In this document: one piece after another, positions 50,486-63,759 of the stretch
Layout: each line of letters starts with the position of its first letter
Numbering within the stretch: the stretch's first letter is position 1
Assembly (NCBI GenBank): GCA_964016885.1
Contig: OZ024763.1
Coordinates: forward strand, 15,004,001-15,068,000
DNA from: Eledone cirrhosa
Taxonomy: Eukaryota
Reading direction: 5' to 3'
Length of the DNA stretch: 64,000 nucleotides
Notes under the pieces: model-generated
Database searches by the model: none
The model's input: the letters and a program-made list of their open reading frames with translations, nothing else
Told to the model about the DNA's origin: nothing
Made by a program: the position numbers and the translations under genes

Positions 50486-51148
50486 ACATCCCTCCTGGTT
50501 CTAAGATACAAAACTGTTTATCTAAACATCTCCCATCATTATTTTATGCAAGAACCTTGGTTAAGTTATGTTCCAAATACCAAGTTGATACTGGAAATGT
50601 TAGTTATATTACTAAATCCCATCAAATTCTTCATTATTTTCGAAATTATTTGAAAAATATCGACAGTGTCTTTCATTAGAAATATGGTAATGAAAGGGTT
50701 AATGACATAGACAGTGTCTTTCATTAGAAATATGGTAATGAAAGGGTTAATGACATAGACAGTGTCTTTCATTAGAAATATGGTAATGAAAGGGTTAATG
50801 ACATAAGACAGTGTCTTTCATTAGAAATATGGTAATGAAAGGGTTAATGACATAGACAGTGTCTTTCATTAGAAATATGGTAATGGAAGGGTTGATACAG
50901 ATAATAATTGTTTCTACTTTAGGCAGAAGGCCAGCAATTACCCCAGTACATTACTGGTACTTTATTTTATCGACCCCGTAAGGATGAAAGGCAAAGTTAA
51001 CCTCGACGGGATTTGAACTCAGACCATAAAGGGACGTAACTATGCTACAAAACATGGTGTCCAACCCTCTACCGATACTGCCAATCCACCGAATAATGAT
51101 AGGACTTACTCTCAGCTACCTTTCTACTCTCTTTTAGCTCTCATTCTA

Positions 51149-51184
51149 TCTTCTGATGAAGGGCTAATGTCTGAAATGTTAAGA
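51149..51184 (+). ncRNA. Degenerate second copy of the minimal hammerhead
   Basis: UCUU-CUGAUGA-A-GGGC UAAU GUCU-GAAAUGUU-AAGA. Flanks are homologous to those of the 20126 copy. Confidence 0.45.
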
Positions 51185-51355
51185 CTCTTTTTCTATTATA
51201 TCAAGTGTTAAACTAATACATATCTCCATTGTACTGTATTGACTGCTAGCCTTTTTATTTGCTTACTTTTCATATATACATGATGATAGAACTGGCATAT
51301 ATATATATGTGTGTATAATGATAGGACTAGTATCCCTATATATAATGTGTGTGTG

Positions 51356-51386
<31 letters not shown>

Positions 51387-52036
51387 TTCATTAGAAATAT
51401 GACAATGAAAGGGTTAACTTTTTCATTACCATATTTCTAATGAAAGACACTACCTTATAATTTTCAAATAATTTTGAAAATAATCAAGAATTTGATGGGA
51501 TTTAATAACAACTAACTTTGCCCTTATTAAGTTGGTCTTTCGAACATAATTTAATGAAGGCTTTTAGATAAACATAAACACTTTAACCCTTTCATTAACA
51601 TATTTCTAATGAAAGACACTGTCTATGTCATTAACCCTTTCATTAACATATTTCTAATGAAAGACACTGTTTATGTTTTTCAAATAATTTTGAAAATAAT
51701 CAAGAATTTGGAGGGATTTAGTAATATAACTAACTTTCTCACTATTAACAATGGTATTTGGAACATAACTTTACACAGGTTTCTACCAAAATTAATCAGA
51801 GGTTTTTAGATGAATATAAACACTTTAAAATAATCAACTTTAGAAGGTAATTTCAAGGTGGTTATCAAAAGTGTTAATTGATAAAAAACACACACACAGA
51901 TTGTGTGAATGTGCAAGCTTCTGTGGTAATTAAGGGTTAATTAGCTAACTAGTTAATTAGTTAATCAGGTAAATTATTTAGTAATATATCTACCTTTCTC
52001 TTTATAAAGCTGGTGATAAACAAACATTTTAACTCT

Positions 52037-52885
52037 TTCATAGCTGAATCCATGGTGGAACTAGAGAAGAAATTCCAAACATGGAAGCAGGGACTAGAAA
52101 GAAAGGGTCTCAAAGTCAACCTGACAAAGACTAAGGTTCTTCTAAGTAGAGGAGAAAACAGAACCCAAATTCCCTCAGGGAAATGGCCTTGCTCAGTATG
52201 TAGGAAAGGTGTAGGTAGGAACTACATCCTCTGCTCGAAATGCAAACAATGGGTACACAAGAGATGTAGTGGTATCTCAGGAAGATTAACTAAGAATGTA
52301 GGCTTCACATGTAGCAGCTGCACTGGGACAACAAGCAGCAAACGACCACAGGAAACAAGCACCACCAAACTCTGAGAGGGCTCTGTAGAAACAGTAGACA
52401 GCTTCTGCTACCTAGGTGACCGAATTAGCAGCGGAGGTGGGTGTTCGGAAAGTACAATAACTAGGGTAAGAACGGGATGGAAAAAGTTCAAGGAGCTACT
52501 GCCACTGCTAGCTGCATAAGGCTTTTCCCTCAAAATGAAAAGCAGACTGTATGATGCGTGTATACGAACAGCAATGTTACATGGTAGTGAAACCTGGGCC
52601 CTGTCTGTAGAAGACTTGCGCAGATTAGAAAGAAACGAAGCCTGCATGCTCCGGTGGATGTGTAATAGTAATATACGTGAACGGCAAAGTATAAACGAAT
52701 TGAGAGAGAGACTAAGCATCAGAGGAGGTTACGTTGGTATAGACATGTGATGTAGAAATCAAGCCAAAATCAGTTCCTGTATGAGCAAGACAAGGTCAGT
52801 CGACTGGACACTGCCCACAACAGGACAACCCGTCTAACCCATGCTAACGTGGAAGAACGGACGTAAAACGACGATGATGGTGATT
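52037..52885 (+). mobile_element. Degenerate RTE fragment of the same family
   Basis: Near-identical to 43300-43985, with in-frame stops and an internal deletion joining it to the 3' tail. Confidence 0.9.
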
Positions 52886-53393
52886 TCTAATGAAAGACAC
52901 TACCTTATAGTTTTCAAATAATTTTGAAAATAATCAAGAATTTGATAGGATTTAGTAACATAACTAACTTTCTCGTTATTAAGATCGTGTTTAGTTACAT
53001 ACAAATTATGGTGAAAGATTTTTAGATAAATATAAACATTTTAACTCTTTCAATACCATATTTCTAATGAAAGACACTGCCTGTGATTTTTAGATACTTT
53101 TTTTTAAATAATCAATAATTTGGAGGGAACTAGTAATATAACTTTCTCACTATTAAATCTTGTGTTTGGAACATAACTTAACAAAGGTCTTTACATAGAA
53201 TTATGATGGAAGGTTTTTAGATAGAATATCAACACTTTAAATAGTTTCAGGTAGTTTCAGGTAGTTTGATTATCAAAAGTGTTAATAAAAACACACGGAT
53301 GTGTGTGGGTGTGTGGAAATACAATTAAAGGGTTAATTAGCTTACTAGTTAATTAGTTAATCAGGTAAATTAATTATTTATGCTATCTCTTAC

Positions 53394-53492
53394 CCGAAGT
53401 AATTTCTTTAAATCCAACGGAGACTTCGAATGTGTCTTTAAGCCAGAAGACCTTCGTCTTGGTGACGATTTGTTTAGCTTAGATGTCATCAT
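53394..53492 (-). CDS. MYO18A: Putative alternative first coding exon of myosin-XVIII (MMTSKLNKSSPRRRSSGLKTHSKSPLDLKKLLR)
   Basis: ATG directly preceded by an in-frame TAA, 33 non-repetitive codons, strong donor CGG|gtaaga. Phase 0 matches the phase-0 acceptor of the 31950-32147 exon. No homology evidence. Confidence 0.55.
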
Positions 53493-54529
53493 TTATACCT
53501 TAAATACTACACCATAATATATATGTACGTATACATATTTATATATACATATACACACCGCACCATATTTTATACACACTACACTACGATATACAACATG
53601 CTATATAGAACACAACAGACAACGCCACGCTATAAACCACGCACATATATTTATGTATATTTTAAACTAAATACATACGTCTTGTGTGTATGTATATGTG
53701 TGTGTAATACATAAACATGTGTGCGTGTGTAATACATATACATGTGTGTGTGTGTGTGTGCGTAATATATATATATCCTTTTTTTTTTGTGTGATAGTGT
53801 GGATGTGTGTGTGTGTGAGAGAGAGACTGTCACACATACACATATAGTGTGTTAAGGTGACAGACACACGGACACACCTAACTCTTTTAGAGAGAGATAC
53901 GGACACACACCTGTGCTGTTAGAGAAAGAGACAAGCACACAGACACATACCTGTAGTGTTAGAGAAATAGACATAGAGACACACTAACACACACACATAC
54001 ATACATACAGACATACTAACATACACACACACAGACACACTAACACACATACACACGCACTAACACACAGACACACTAACACACACACAGACGCACTAAC
54101 ACATATACAGACACACTAACACATACAGGCAGACACACACTAACACACACAGACACACTCACACATACATAGACACACTAACACACATACAGACACACTA
54201 ACACACATACAGACACACTAACACATACAGGCAGACACACACTAACACTAACACACACACACATAGACACATACATAGACACACTAACACACATACAGAC
54301 ACACACATAGACAGACACTAACACTAACACACACACATACACACTAACACATAGACACACTAACACACACACACATACAGACACGTTTGTTAGAAATGTA
54401 ACATTACTGGGGTCCCACGGAGTTATTTTCCTCAGTGGAGCTGCCAGGGATTTGAACGGCTATAATCCCAGATTAGATGACAGCTCTCCAGTAGAGGAGA
54501 ATTAGATGTTTGAGAGGAGAGGGGGCTGG

Positions 54530-54536
54530 TTTTATA
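54530..54536 (-). promoter_or_regulatory. Candidate TATA box for the putative short-isoform promoter
   Basis: TATAAAA on the minus strand in a unique-sequence island about 1 kb upstream of the ATG at 53492. Motif match only. Confidence 0.25.
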
Positions 54537-54584
54537 AAGGGTAATGACTGAGGTAACATCTCTGGGTTGATGAAAGTGTTGAAT

Positions 54585-54930
54585 GTGGGGGACGTGACGA
54601 AAAGTGGGGGGATGTGACGAAAAGTGATGAAAGTGGGGGACGTGACGAAAAGTGGGGGGATGTGACGAAAAGTGATGAAAGTGGGGGACGTGACGAAAAG
54701 TGATGAAAGTGGGGGACGTGACGAAAAGTGGGGGGATGTGACGAAAAGTGATGAAAGTGGGGGACGTGACGAAAAGTGATGAAAGTGGGGGACGTGACGA
54801 AAAGTGGGGGACGCGACGAAAAGTGGGGGATGTGACGAAAAGTGATGAAAGTGGGGGACGTGACGAAAAGTGACGAAAGTGGGGGACGCGATGAAAACGA
54901 GATGAAAGTGCTTGAACGTGACGAAAAGTG
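54585..54930. repeat. GTGACGAAAAGTG(ATGAAAGTG)GGGGA short-unit tandem repeat
   Basis: Direct inspection. Confidence 0.9.
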
Positions 54931-55086
54931 CTGAAAAAATTATGAGAGAGGTGAGAGATGAAAGAACAATAAAGTATTGATGAAAGTGATGAAAGAAATT
55001 AAAGATGAAAAAGAGATGAAAAAGTGATGAAAGAAACGACAAAATGACAACTTGTGTAAATGTGGTGGTGGTAGTAGAAGTAGTAC

Positions 55087-55122
<36 letters not shown>

Positions 55123-55254
55123 ATGTGGTAGTAGTAGTAGATGTGGTAGTAGTGGTGGTGGTAGACAGAAACTGTATCTACGTGGGATGTACCTGTCTCT
55201 GTTGTGTTGGAGGTGAGTGATCTATATGTAAGATATAGTGGTGGTGGTGGTGAC

Positions 55255-55291
<37 letters not shown>

Positions 55292-55361
55292 ATGGTGGCG
55301 GTGTAGAGGGCGTGATTGACATCAAGATCAACAACAGACCTTTTCAGTGGAAGATATACGC

Positions 55362-58300
55362 AACCACCACCACCACCACCATTTCCACCACCATCACCAT
55401 CACTACCATCATCACCACAACCACCATCACCATAACCACTACCATTACCACACTAAAACTACCACCACCACCACCACTCCATCTATAACCATCACTACAA
55501 CCAGCACAATCACAACCACCACCAGTACAGCCATAACCATAACTACAACCACCACCACCACCACCATCGCGACCATTATCAACACAACTTCCACCACCAT
55601 CACCCATCAACATCACTACCACTACCACCACCATTACAAACACTACCACCACCAACACCACCACCACTGCATCTATAACCATCACTACAACCACCACCAC
55701 CATCGCGACCATTATCAACATCACTACCACTACCACCACCACCATTACAAACACTACCACCACTACCACCACCACATCTATAACCATCACTACTACAACC
55801 ACCACCATTACAAACACCACCACCACCACCACTGCATCTATAACCATCACTACAACCACCACCACCATTACAAACACTACTACCACCACCACCACTGCAT
55901 CTATAACCATCACTACCACCACCACCACCATTACAAACACTACCACCACCACCACTGCATCTATAACCATCACTACCACTACCACCACCACCATTACAAA
56001 CACTACCACCACCACCACTGCATCTATAACCATCACTACCACTACCACCACCATTACAAACACTACCACCACTACCACCACCACATCTATAACCATCACT
56101 ACCACCACCACCACCATTACAAACACTACCACCACCACCACTGCATCTATAACCATCACTACCACTACCACCACCATTACAAACACTACCACCACTACCA
56201 CCACCACATCTATAACCATCACTACCACCACCACCACCATTACAAACACTACCACCACCACCACCATTACAAACACTACCACCACCACCACCATTACAAA
56301 TACTACCACCACCACCACTGCATCTATAACCATCACTACAACCAGCACAATCACAACCACAGCCACCACTACAGCCATAACCATCACTACAACCAGCACA
56401 ATCACAACCACAGCCACCACTACAGCCATAACCATCACTACAACCAACACAATCACAACCACAGCCACCACTACAGCCATAACCATCACTACAACCAGCA
56501 CAACCACAACCACAGCCACCACTACAGCCATAACCATCACTACAACCAGCACAATCACAACCACAGCCACCACTACAGCCATAACCATCACTACAACCAG
56601 CACAATCACAACCACAGCCACCACTACAGCCATAACCATCACTACAACCAGCACAATCACAACCACAGCCACCACTACAGCCATAACCATCACTACAACC
56701 AGCACAATCACAACCACAGCCACCACTACAGCCATAACCATCACTACAACCAGCACAATCACAACCACAGCCACCACTACAGCCATAACCATCACTACAA
56801 CCAACACAATCACAACCACAGCCACCACTACAGCCATAACCATCACTACAACCAGCACAACCACAACCACAGCCACCACTACAGCCATAACCATCACTAC
56901 AACCAACATAATCACAACCACAGCCACCACTACAGCCATAACCATCACTACAACCAACACAATCACAACCACAGCCACCACTACAGCCATAACCATCACT
57001 ACAACCAGCACAATCACAACCACAGCCACCACTACAGCCATAACCATCACTACAACCAACACAATCACAACCACAGCCACCACTACAGCCATAACCATCA
57101 CTACAACCAGCACAATCACAACCACAGCCACCACTACAGCCATAACCATCACTACAACCAGCACAATCACAACCACAGCCACCACTACAGCCATAACCAT
57201 CACTACAACCAACACAATCACAACCACAGCCACCACTACAGCCATAACCATCACTACAACCAGCACAATCACAACCACAGCCACCACTACAGCCATAACC
57301 ATCACTACAACCAACACAATCACAACCACAGCCACCACTACAGCCACCACCATCACTACAACCAGCACAATCACAACCACAGCCACCACTACAGCCATAA
57401 CCATCACTACAACCAACACAATCACAACCACAGCCACCACTACAGCCATAACCATCACTACAACCAGCACAATCACAACCACAGCCACCACTACAGCCAT
57501 AACCATCACTACAACCAGCACAATCACAACCACAACCACCACTACAGCCATAACCATCACTACAACCAACACAATCACAACCACAGCCACCACTACAACC
57601 AGCACAATCACAACCACAGCCACCACTACAACCAGCACAATCACAACCACAGCCACCACTACAGCCATAACCATCACTACAACCAACACAATCACAACCA
57701 CAGCCACCACTACAACCAGCACAATCACAACCACAGCCACCACTACAGCCATAACCATCACTACAACCAACACAATCACAACCACAGCCACCACTACAAC
57801 CAGCACAATCACAACCACAGCCACCACTACAGCCATAACCATCACTACAACCAACACAATCACAACCACAGCCACCACTACAACCAGCGCAATCACAACC
57901 ACAGCCACCACTACAACCAGCACAATCACAACCACAGCCACCACTACAGCCATAACCATCACTACAACCAACACAATCACAACCACAGCCACCACTACAA
58001 CCAGCACAATCACAACCACAGCCACCACTACAGCCATAACCATCACTACAACCAACACAATCACAACCACAGCCACCACTACAACCAGCACAATCACAAC
58101 CACAGCCACCACTACAGCCATAACCATCACTACAACCAACACAATCACAACCACAGCCACCACTACAACCAGCGCAATCACAACCACAGCCACCACTACA
58201 ACCAGCACAATCACAACCACAGCCACCACTACAGCCATAACCATCACTACAACCAACACAATCACAACCACAGCCACCACTACAACCAGCACAATCACAA

Positions 58301-58395
58301 CCACAGCCACCACTACAGCCATAACCATCACTACAACCAACACAACCACAACCACAACCACCACTACAGCCACCACCATCACTACAACCTCCACC
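55362..58395. repeat. ACC-rich satellite; 51-bp unit dominant from about 56330
   Basis: Unit accagcacaatcacaaccacagccaccactacagccataaccatcactaca. Confidence 0.95.
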
Positions 58396-58919
58396 ATCTT
58401 CACTCATACAACAACAACTGTTACACAGTATAGTCCATTGTGGTTTTTTGTGTGTAACTTCCGGTGGGAAGGGGTGGGGAGGGGTGGACAGGTGGAGTGG
58501 AACTGACCTCTAGAATAACATCTCATAGTTCAGGTAAGGTGTGGGGGGGGGGGGGGGGGGGTTAGATAGGTCGTAAGAACAGGTAGGTAGGTAGGTAGGT
58601 AAAATAAATAGATTTGTATGTATACACACGGAGTACACACACACATGTTATATGTGTGTGTGTGTGTGTTATATATATAACACACACACACACACACATA
58701 TAACGTGTGTGTGTGTGTTATATATATATATATAAAACACACACACACACACGTTATATGTGTGTGTGTTATATATATATAAAACACACACACACACACA
58801 CATATAACGTGTGTGTGTGTGTGTGTTTTATATATATATATATAACACACACACACATGTTATATGTGTGTGTGTGTGTGTGTGTTATATATATATATAT
58901 ATAACATACACACACACGT

Positions 58920-58955
<36 letters not shown>

Positions 58956-59114
58956 ATATAACACACACACACACACATATAACGTGTGTGTGTGTTATAT
59001 ATATATATAAAACACACACACACACGTTATATGTGTGTGTGTGTTTGTTATATATATATATATATATAAAACACACACACACACACACACGTTATATGTG
59101 TGTGTGTGTGTGTG

Positions 59115-59175
<61 letters not shown>

Positions 59176-59254
59176 GTTATTCCGGGTTGAATCGGACGTA
59201 ACCACAGTAAGTAAGGTACTCAATACATTGCAGAGTATAAAAGTTTTAATATAG

Positions 59255-59311
59255 ATGAGATTCTACAGGACTAGAACTGTTTCATTCTTTAGAAATCATC
59301 AGGAATCTCAT
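59255..59311 (-). ncRNA. Type I hammerhead ribozyme (Penelope-like terminus)
   Basis: Minus strand reads AUGAGAUUC-CUGAUGA-UUUC UAAA GAAU-GAA-ACAG UUCUAGUC CUGU-A-GAAUCUCAU: 9-bp stem I, intact core, 4-bp stem III, GUA triplet. U-U at the base of stem II. Confidence 0.75.
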
Positions 59312-59339
59312 ATATCTTGTATATATATATATCATTTCA

Positions 59340-59381
<42 letters not shown>

Positions 59382-59611
59382 AAGGTTATATTTAATTTGT
59401 TGGAATTCAACAAACTTAAAAGTTTTATAACTGATATAAAGCACTCAATAGATTAGTGGAGTAAATATTCATTATTAACAAATGGAAACTATATTTATTA
59501 AACCATAATTATTTTATTATATATATTTCAAGGGCAACCAAGGCCAATTTTGGTGCGCTTTCATCAGATAAAATACAAAATTTGTTTTATAAATGTTGAC
59601 ATACCGCAGAA

Positions 59612-59664
<53 letters not shown>

Positions 59665-59719
59665 AGCGTAAGTAAAATGATGATGATGATGATATATATA
59701 TATATATAAGGTAGATTAT

Positions 59720-60150
59720 ATCTATCTATATATATAAAGCTGTGGTTGTCTGTCTGTCTATCGATTTTTGGCACACATCTCCTCTTAGAATCTCTGACGG
59801 AATTGCACCGAAATTGCTATACTTGTACATTGAGCCCTAGCGAAGACATCGGAAAAAAAATATTTCAAATTGACCCACCCTATGTGACGAAATCGAATCT
59901 AATGTATCGATTTTTGAGCGTAAGTGACGAGTTATTTCCCTTTGTTCTGTTTACATTGAGCGTCTTACGTTTAAAATATATGTATCTGTAAATTTCGTTA
60001 GGCGTGCAGACAGACAGTCGTGCAGACAGACTTTAAGCCAAAAAAGAAACTTAACATTGTAACTTTAACACAGCTACTGAGCGACCCCGAGCAACGCCGG
60101 GCTTTACGATAGACAGACAGACAACCACAGCTTTATATATATAGATAGAT
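59720..60150 (+). mobile_element. Helitron-like non-autonomous element with an inverted copy of its 5' end
   Basis: 5' ATCTATATATATAAAG plus (TCTG)n; 3' CCCGAGCAACGCCGGG hairpin; 44-bp inverted repeat at 59720-59763 / 60107-60150. Confidence 0.55.
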
Positions 60151-60330
60151 AATATGTTTAACTCAATAATATATATAGTTCACCATACTGAGAACAAATG
60201 TTTCACCTTATGAGGATCTGCCTGGTGATCTCACTGTTGTGGAACTACTTCTACCAATCTTGTCTCATGGACCATGTACTCTACTACTATGGATATAACC
60301 CTCCAGTGTTCCACTATATAAATATATATA

Positions 60331-60725
60331 TCATCATCATCATCAGCATTTCATTTTACGTCCGCTTTTCCCTGCTTGCAAGGGTGGGACGGGAACTGAT
60401 TCTGGCTTGATTTCTACAGCTGGATGCCCTTCCTAACACCAACCACATTTACAGTGAGTGCTGGGTGCTTTTTTGCCGTGGCACCTCCACGACCACTTTA
60501 CAGTATGGGCTGGGTGCTCTTTTTCCGTGGCACCTCCATGACCACTTTGCAGTGGAATGATAAGGACCCCAGTCCCTATCATCTCATTTCTACAGCTGAG
60601 TAAACTGGAGCAATGTGAAATAAAGTGTCTTGCTCAAGGAAACAACACATCACCCGGTCTGAGAATTGAACTCACAACCTTTCGATTGCAAGGCCAATGC
60701 TCTAACCACTAAGCCATATGCCTCC
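60331..60725 (-). mobile_element. CORE-type SINE, same family, with one extra tail unit
   Basis: Near-identical to 6118-6450, with a duplicated ccacttt.cagt module. Confidence 0.85.
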
Positions 60726-60727
60726 AC

Positions 60728-60864
<137 letters not shown>

Positions 60865-61030
60865 ATGTATATGTATATATATATATATATGTATATATAT
60901 CAGAATGGAGGCGGTAAAAACCAGTTATACCATTACTCTCCAGAGTACTCAATACTTGGGGTAGTAGAGTGGGTAATAGGAAAAGAGTCAAGACCCCAAC
61001 AACTGGGCTCAGCTGTCGGGGTCCTGAATT

Positions 61031-61097
<67 letters not shown>

Positions 61098-61119
61098 GTT
61101 GATTTATTTACCTCTATAC

Positions 61120-61275
61120 TGTAGGACTCAGATAGCATCAGGTAGGCATCCATATTCAATATGCCAAAAAGGTGTGGATAGAAACCATATATGGGGGGTG
61201 GGGGGCATCCATTGGGGACAGTGGACACACAAAAGATGCAGCAGGATCACAGATAGGTAGGCTTCATATGCAGAG
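61120..61275 (+). mobile_element. RTE fragment (Cys/His finger region)
   Basis: [29 protein letters not shown] resembles RTQIPSGKWPCSVCRKGVGRN..QWVHKRCS of the RTE at 42617. Confidence 0.7.
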
Positions 61276-61388
61276 GCATAACTAGGGTTTGGCCAGCATA
61301 GCACCTGCCATAAGCACCACTTGAGTTAGGACCACTTTCTATTAAAGTCAGATAAGATATCATCAGAGAGTGAAAAAAGAAACTTCTT

Positions 61389-62120
61389 CATAATAATGAT
61401 AATAATGAAATTATTGTGTACAGTGCTCAGGTGCACTACAACTCATCAAAGGTGCATGTATAGTACATAGAATAATGTACAAATGTCAGGAAAATGAACA
61501 GTGTATGAGTCATGATATAATAATAATAATAATTGTTTCTACTTTAGGCACAAGGCCAGCAATTACCCAGTGCATTACTGGTACTTTATTTTATCGACCC
61601 CGTAAGGATGAAAGGCAAAGTCAACCTCAGATCGTAAAGGGACGTAACTATGCTGGAAAGCATGGCGTCCGTCCGACCCTCTACCGATACTGCCAATCCA
61701 CCGCCTTGTGGATTGGCAGTATCGGTAATCATAATAATGATAATAATGAAATTATTGTGTACAGTGCTCAGGTGCACTACAACTCATCAAAGGTGCATGT
61801 ATAGTACATAGAATAATGTACAAATGTCAGGAAAATGAACAGTGTATGAGTCATGATATAATAATAATAATAATAACAATAATGAAATATTGTGTACAGT
61901 GCCCAGGTGCACCACAACTCATCAAAAAAGTGCATGTACAGTACATAGGGCAATGCACAAACATCAGGAAAATGAACAGTGCACGAGTCATGATACACAC
62001 AAGTGTGCATGTGTATGGAAGGGGTACATCAGGTGTAGTTTTGGCGTATTTCGGGAAGCACGAGTGTCTTAAAGGATGCAGTGTCTCGGCAGCTAACAAC
62101 TGACGCAGGCAGTGTGTTCC
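61389..62120 (-). mobile_element. Tandem CR1-like tails interrupted by a Meta-type SINE
   Basis: Three copies of the tail tgtacagtgctcaggtgcactacaactcatc..., with the SINE at 61530-61705. Confidence 0.7.
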
Positions 62121-62139
62121 AGATTTATCGTCTGTCTAA

Positions 62140-62450
62140 AAAGCACTATGGTGGCTGGACGATTAAATAGAAGTAGACCCATAGGCTCCTTCGAGTTACT
62201 CGATAAAGTGCATAGCTCGGAGATCAGAGAGTCACTCCAGGTAGAGCTGCTTCTTCTCTGAATTGAGAGATCACAGCTCCGATATTATGGAGGACATGTG
62301 GTTAGAATGTCTCAGGAAAGAATCGCTGAACAGATTTTACAGGTAAAAACCAACAGGCAAAAGACCCAGGGGTAGACTCCAAGCAAGATGGCTGGATAAC
62401 ATGCATGAGCTTGACTGGTCACACTTGTAGTCAAGGTGGATGTACTGAAA
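62140..62450 (+). mobile_element. Degenerate LINE (RTE-like) C-terminal fragment
   Basis: Frameshifted IERSQLRYYG.HVVRMSQERI..G.RPRGR..RWLD motif. Confidence 0.7.
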
Positions 62451-62680
62451 ATGTAATAGCTGGAGTTAGTACAAACAGGCTGGAGAAAAATTTAGAGAGC
62501 TGACACCTCAGCTAGCAACAGAAGCTTCTTTTTCAGAGTGAACAACAGATTACATTATACTTCTTCGTTGCCCACTTATTCCTGAGAGGGTCATGGAGGC
62601 AGAGTCCCCATGACTGCCTTCCAGAAGATCATATCAGAAGCAATTGTCTCCCAATTGATCTGGCATGGAAACAGCCTTAA

Positions 62681-62899
62681 TCCTTTAATGTTCAAACCGG
62701 CCAAAACTGGCCAGAATTCTCTACATTTTTCTGTTGAAACTGGCTGTAACTGGTCACTCAAACTGATGTTAAGGTATTGTTCTCAAAATAAATACTTTCA
62801 AAATCTCATAGATTCGATATGTGAGATAATTATGTGAGATAAAGCCTTTACCATAAAAATACAATAGTATATATATAGAGTAATGTGAATGCTAAAGGG
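62681..62899. mobile_element. piggyBac-like (TTAA) MITE
   Basis: TTAA-TCCTTTAATGTTC...GAATGCTAAAGGG-TTAA. Single-unit version of the element at 2617. Confidence 0.7.
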
Positions 62900-63759
62900 T
62901 TAAATAGAGAAGCTATTCTCTGGCTCACCACCACCACCACCACCAGAACTACCACTGTCTCCACAACCGCCAACACTAACAACAACAAAACTACATATAA
63001 CAAAGTCTGAGGTAGACACTACTTGAGTTTCATGTGTTTTGGTTCATCCGATACCTGGTGAAACATATACAAGTGTGTGTATGTGTATGTATGTGGTGTG
63101 TGCGTGTGTTTGTGTGTTTGTGGGTGTACGTGTATACATTTCTGTACATATATGTGTAGGGGCAGAGATTGTGAGAGCTGACTGATCTGCAATCACTGAA
63201 CCTCGTAGACATGTTGACTGAAAGTTGAGAGAGGGGGTGGGGAGATGGAGAGAGGGGGCGGGGAGATGGAGAGGGGGCGGGGAGATGGAGAGGGGGCGGG
63301 GAGATGGAGAGGAGACAGACAGACAGACAGAGGCAGATATACAGACAGACAGACAAATGGAGAAAGAGTAAAGGACGGATCAAAAGGAGAGAGGGGCAGA
63401 TAGAGAGACAGATTGAGGCAGATACAGAGAAGATGAAACAAGAGAGAGAGAGAGAGAGAGAGATGGGGGGGGGAGGAAAAGTGAGAGTGGGAAGACAGAC
63501 AGGTGAGATAATCAGAAAAAGTGATAGTGGTTGTCATACATGTGGACCATAGTTAAGTCAAATCAAAGGTGGGCGTATAACAGTTAGCTGTATAATAAAT
63601 ATTAGCAAAGGTTCACGTGGTGAAACAAACAAATGGTAAACAAATACAGGAATCTACTCCCCTCTTCAGCCACCTCCTGGACATACAATTTTGTGCATTT
63701 TGATGGGGTTTGTATCAATATAAATAGGTTGTACAGTCCAGCGTTCCCTTACTTCTAGA

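Larger units (their letters stand above)
50100..53340. mobile_element. Cluster of fragments of a TTAA-ended MITE family in both orientations, including a 48-bp x about 5 expansion at 50662-50895
   Basis: TTAACCCTTTCATTACCATATTTCTAATGAAAGACACT ends repeated many times; interleaved with SINE and RTE pieces. Confidence 0.6.

Noticed and set aside
55344-58433. ORFs of 935-1028 aa (poly-V, His/Asn-rich, Gly/Cys-rich)
   Set aside because: Open in several frames on both strands because the 51-bp ACC-rich unit lacks stops; no unique domain or splice context.
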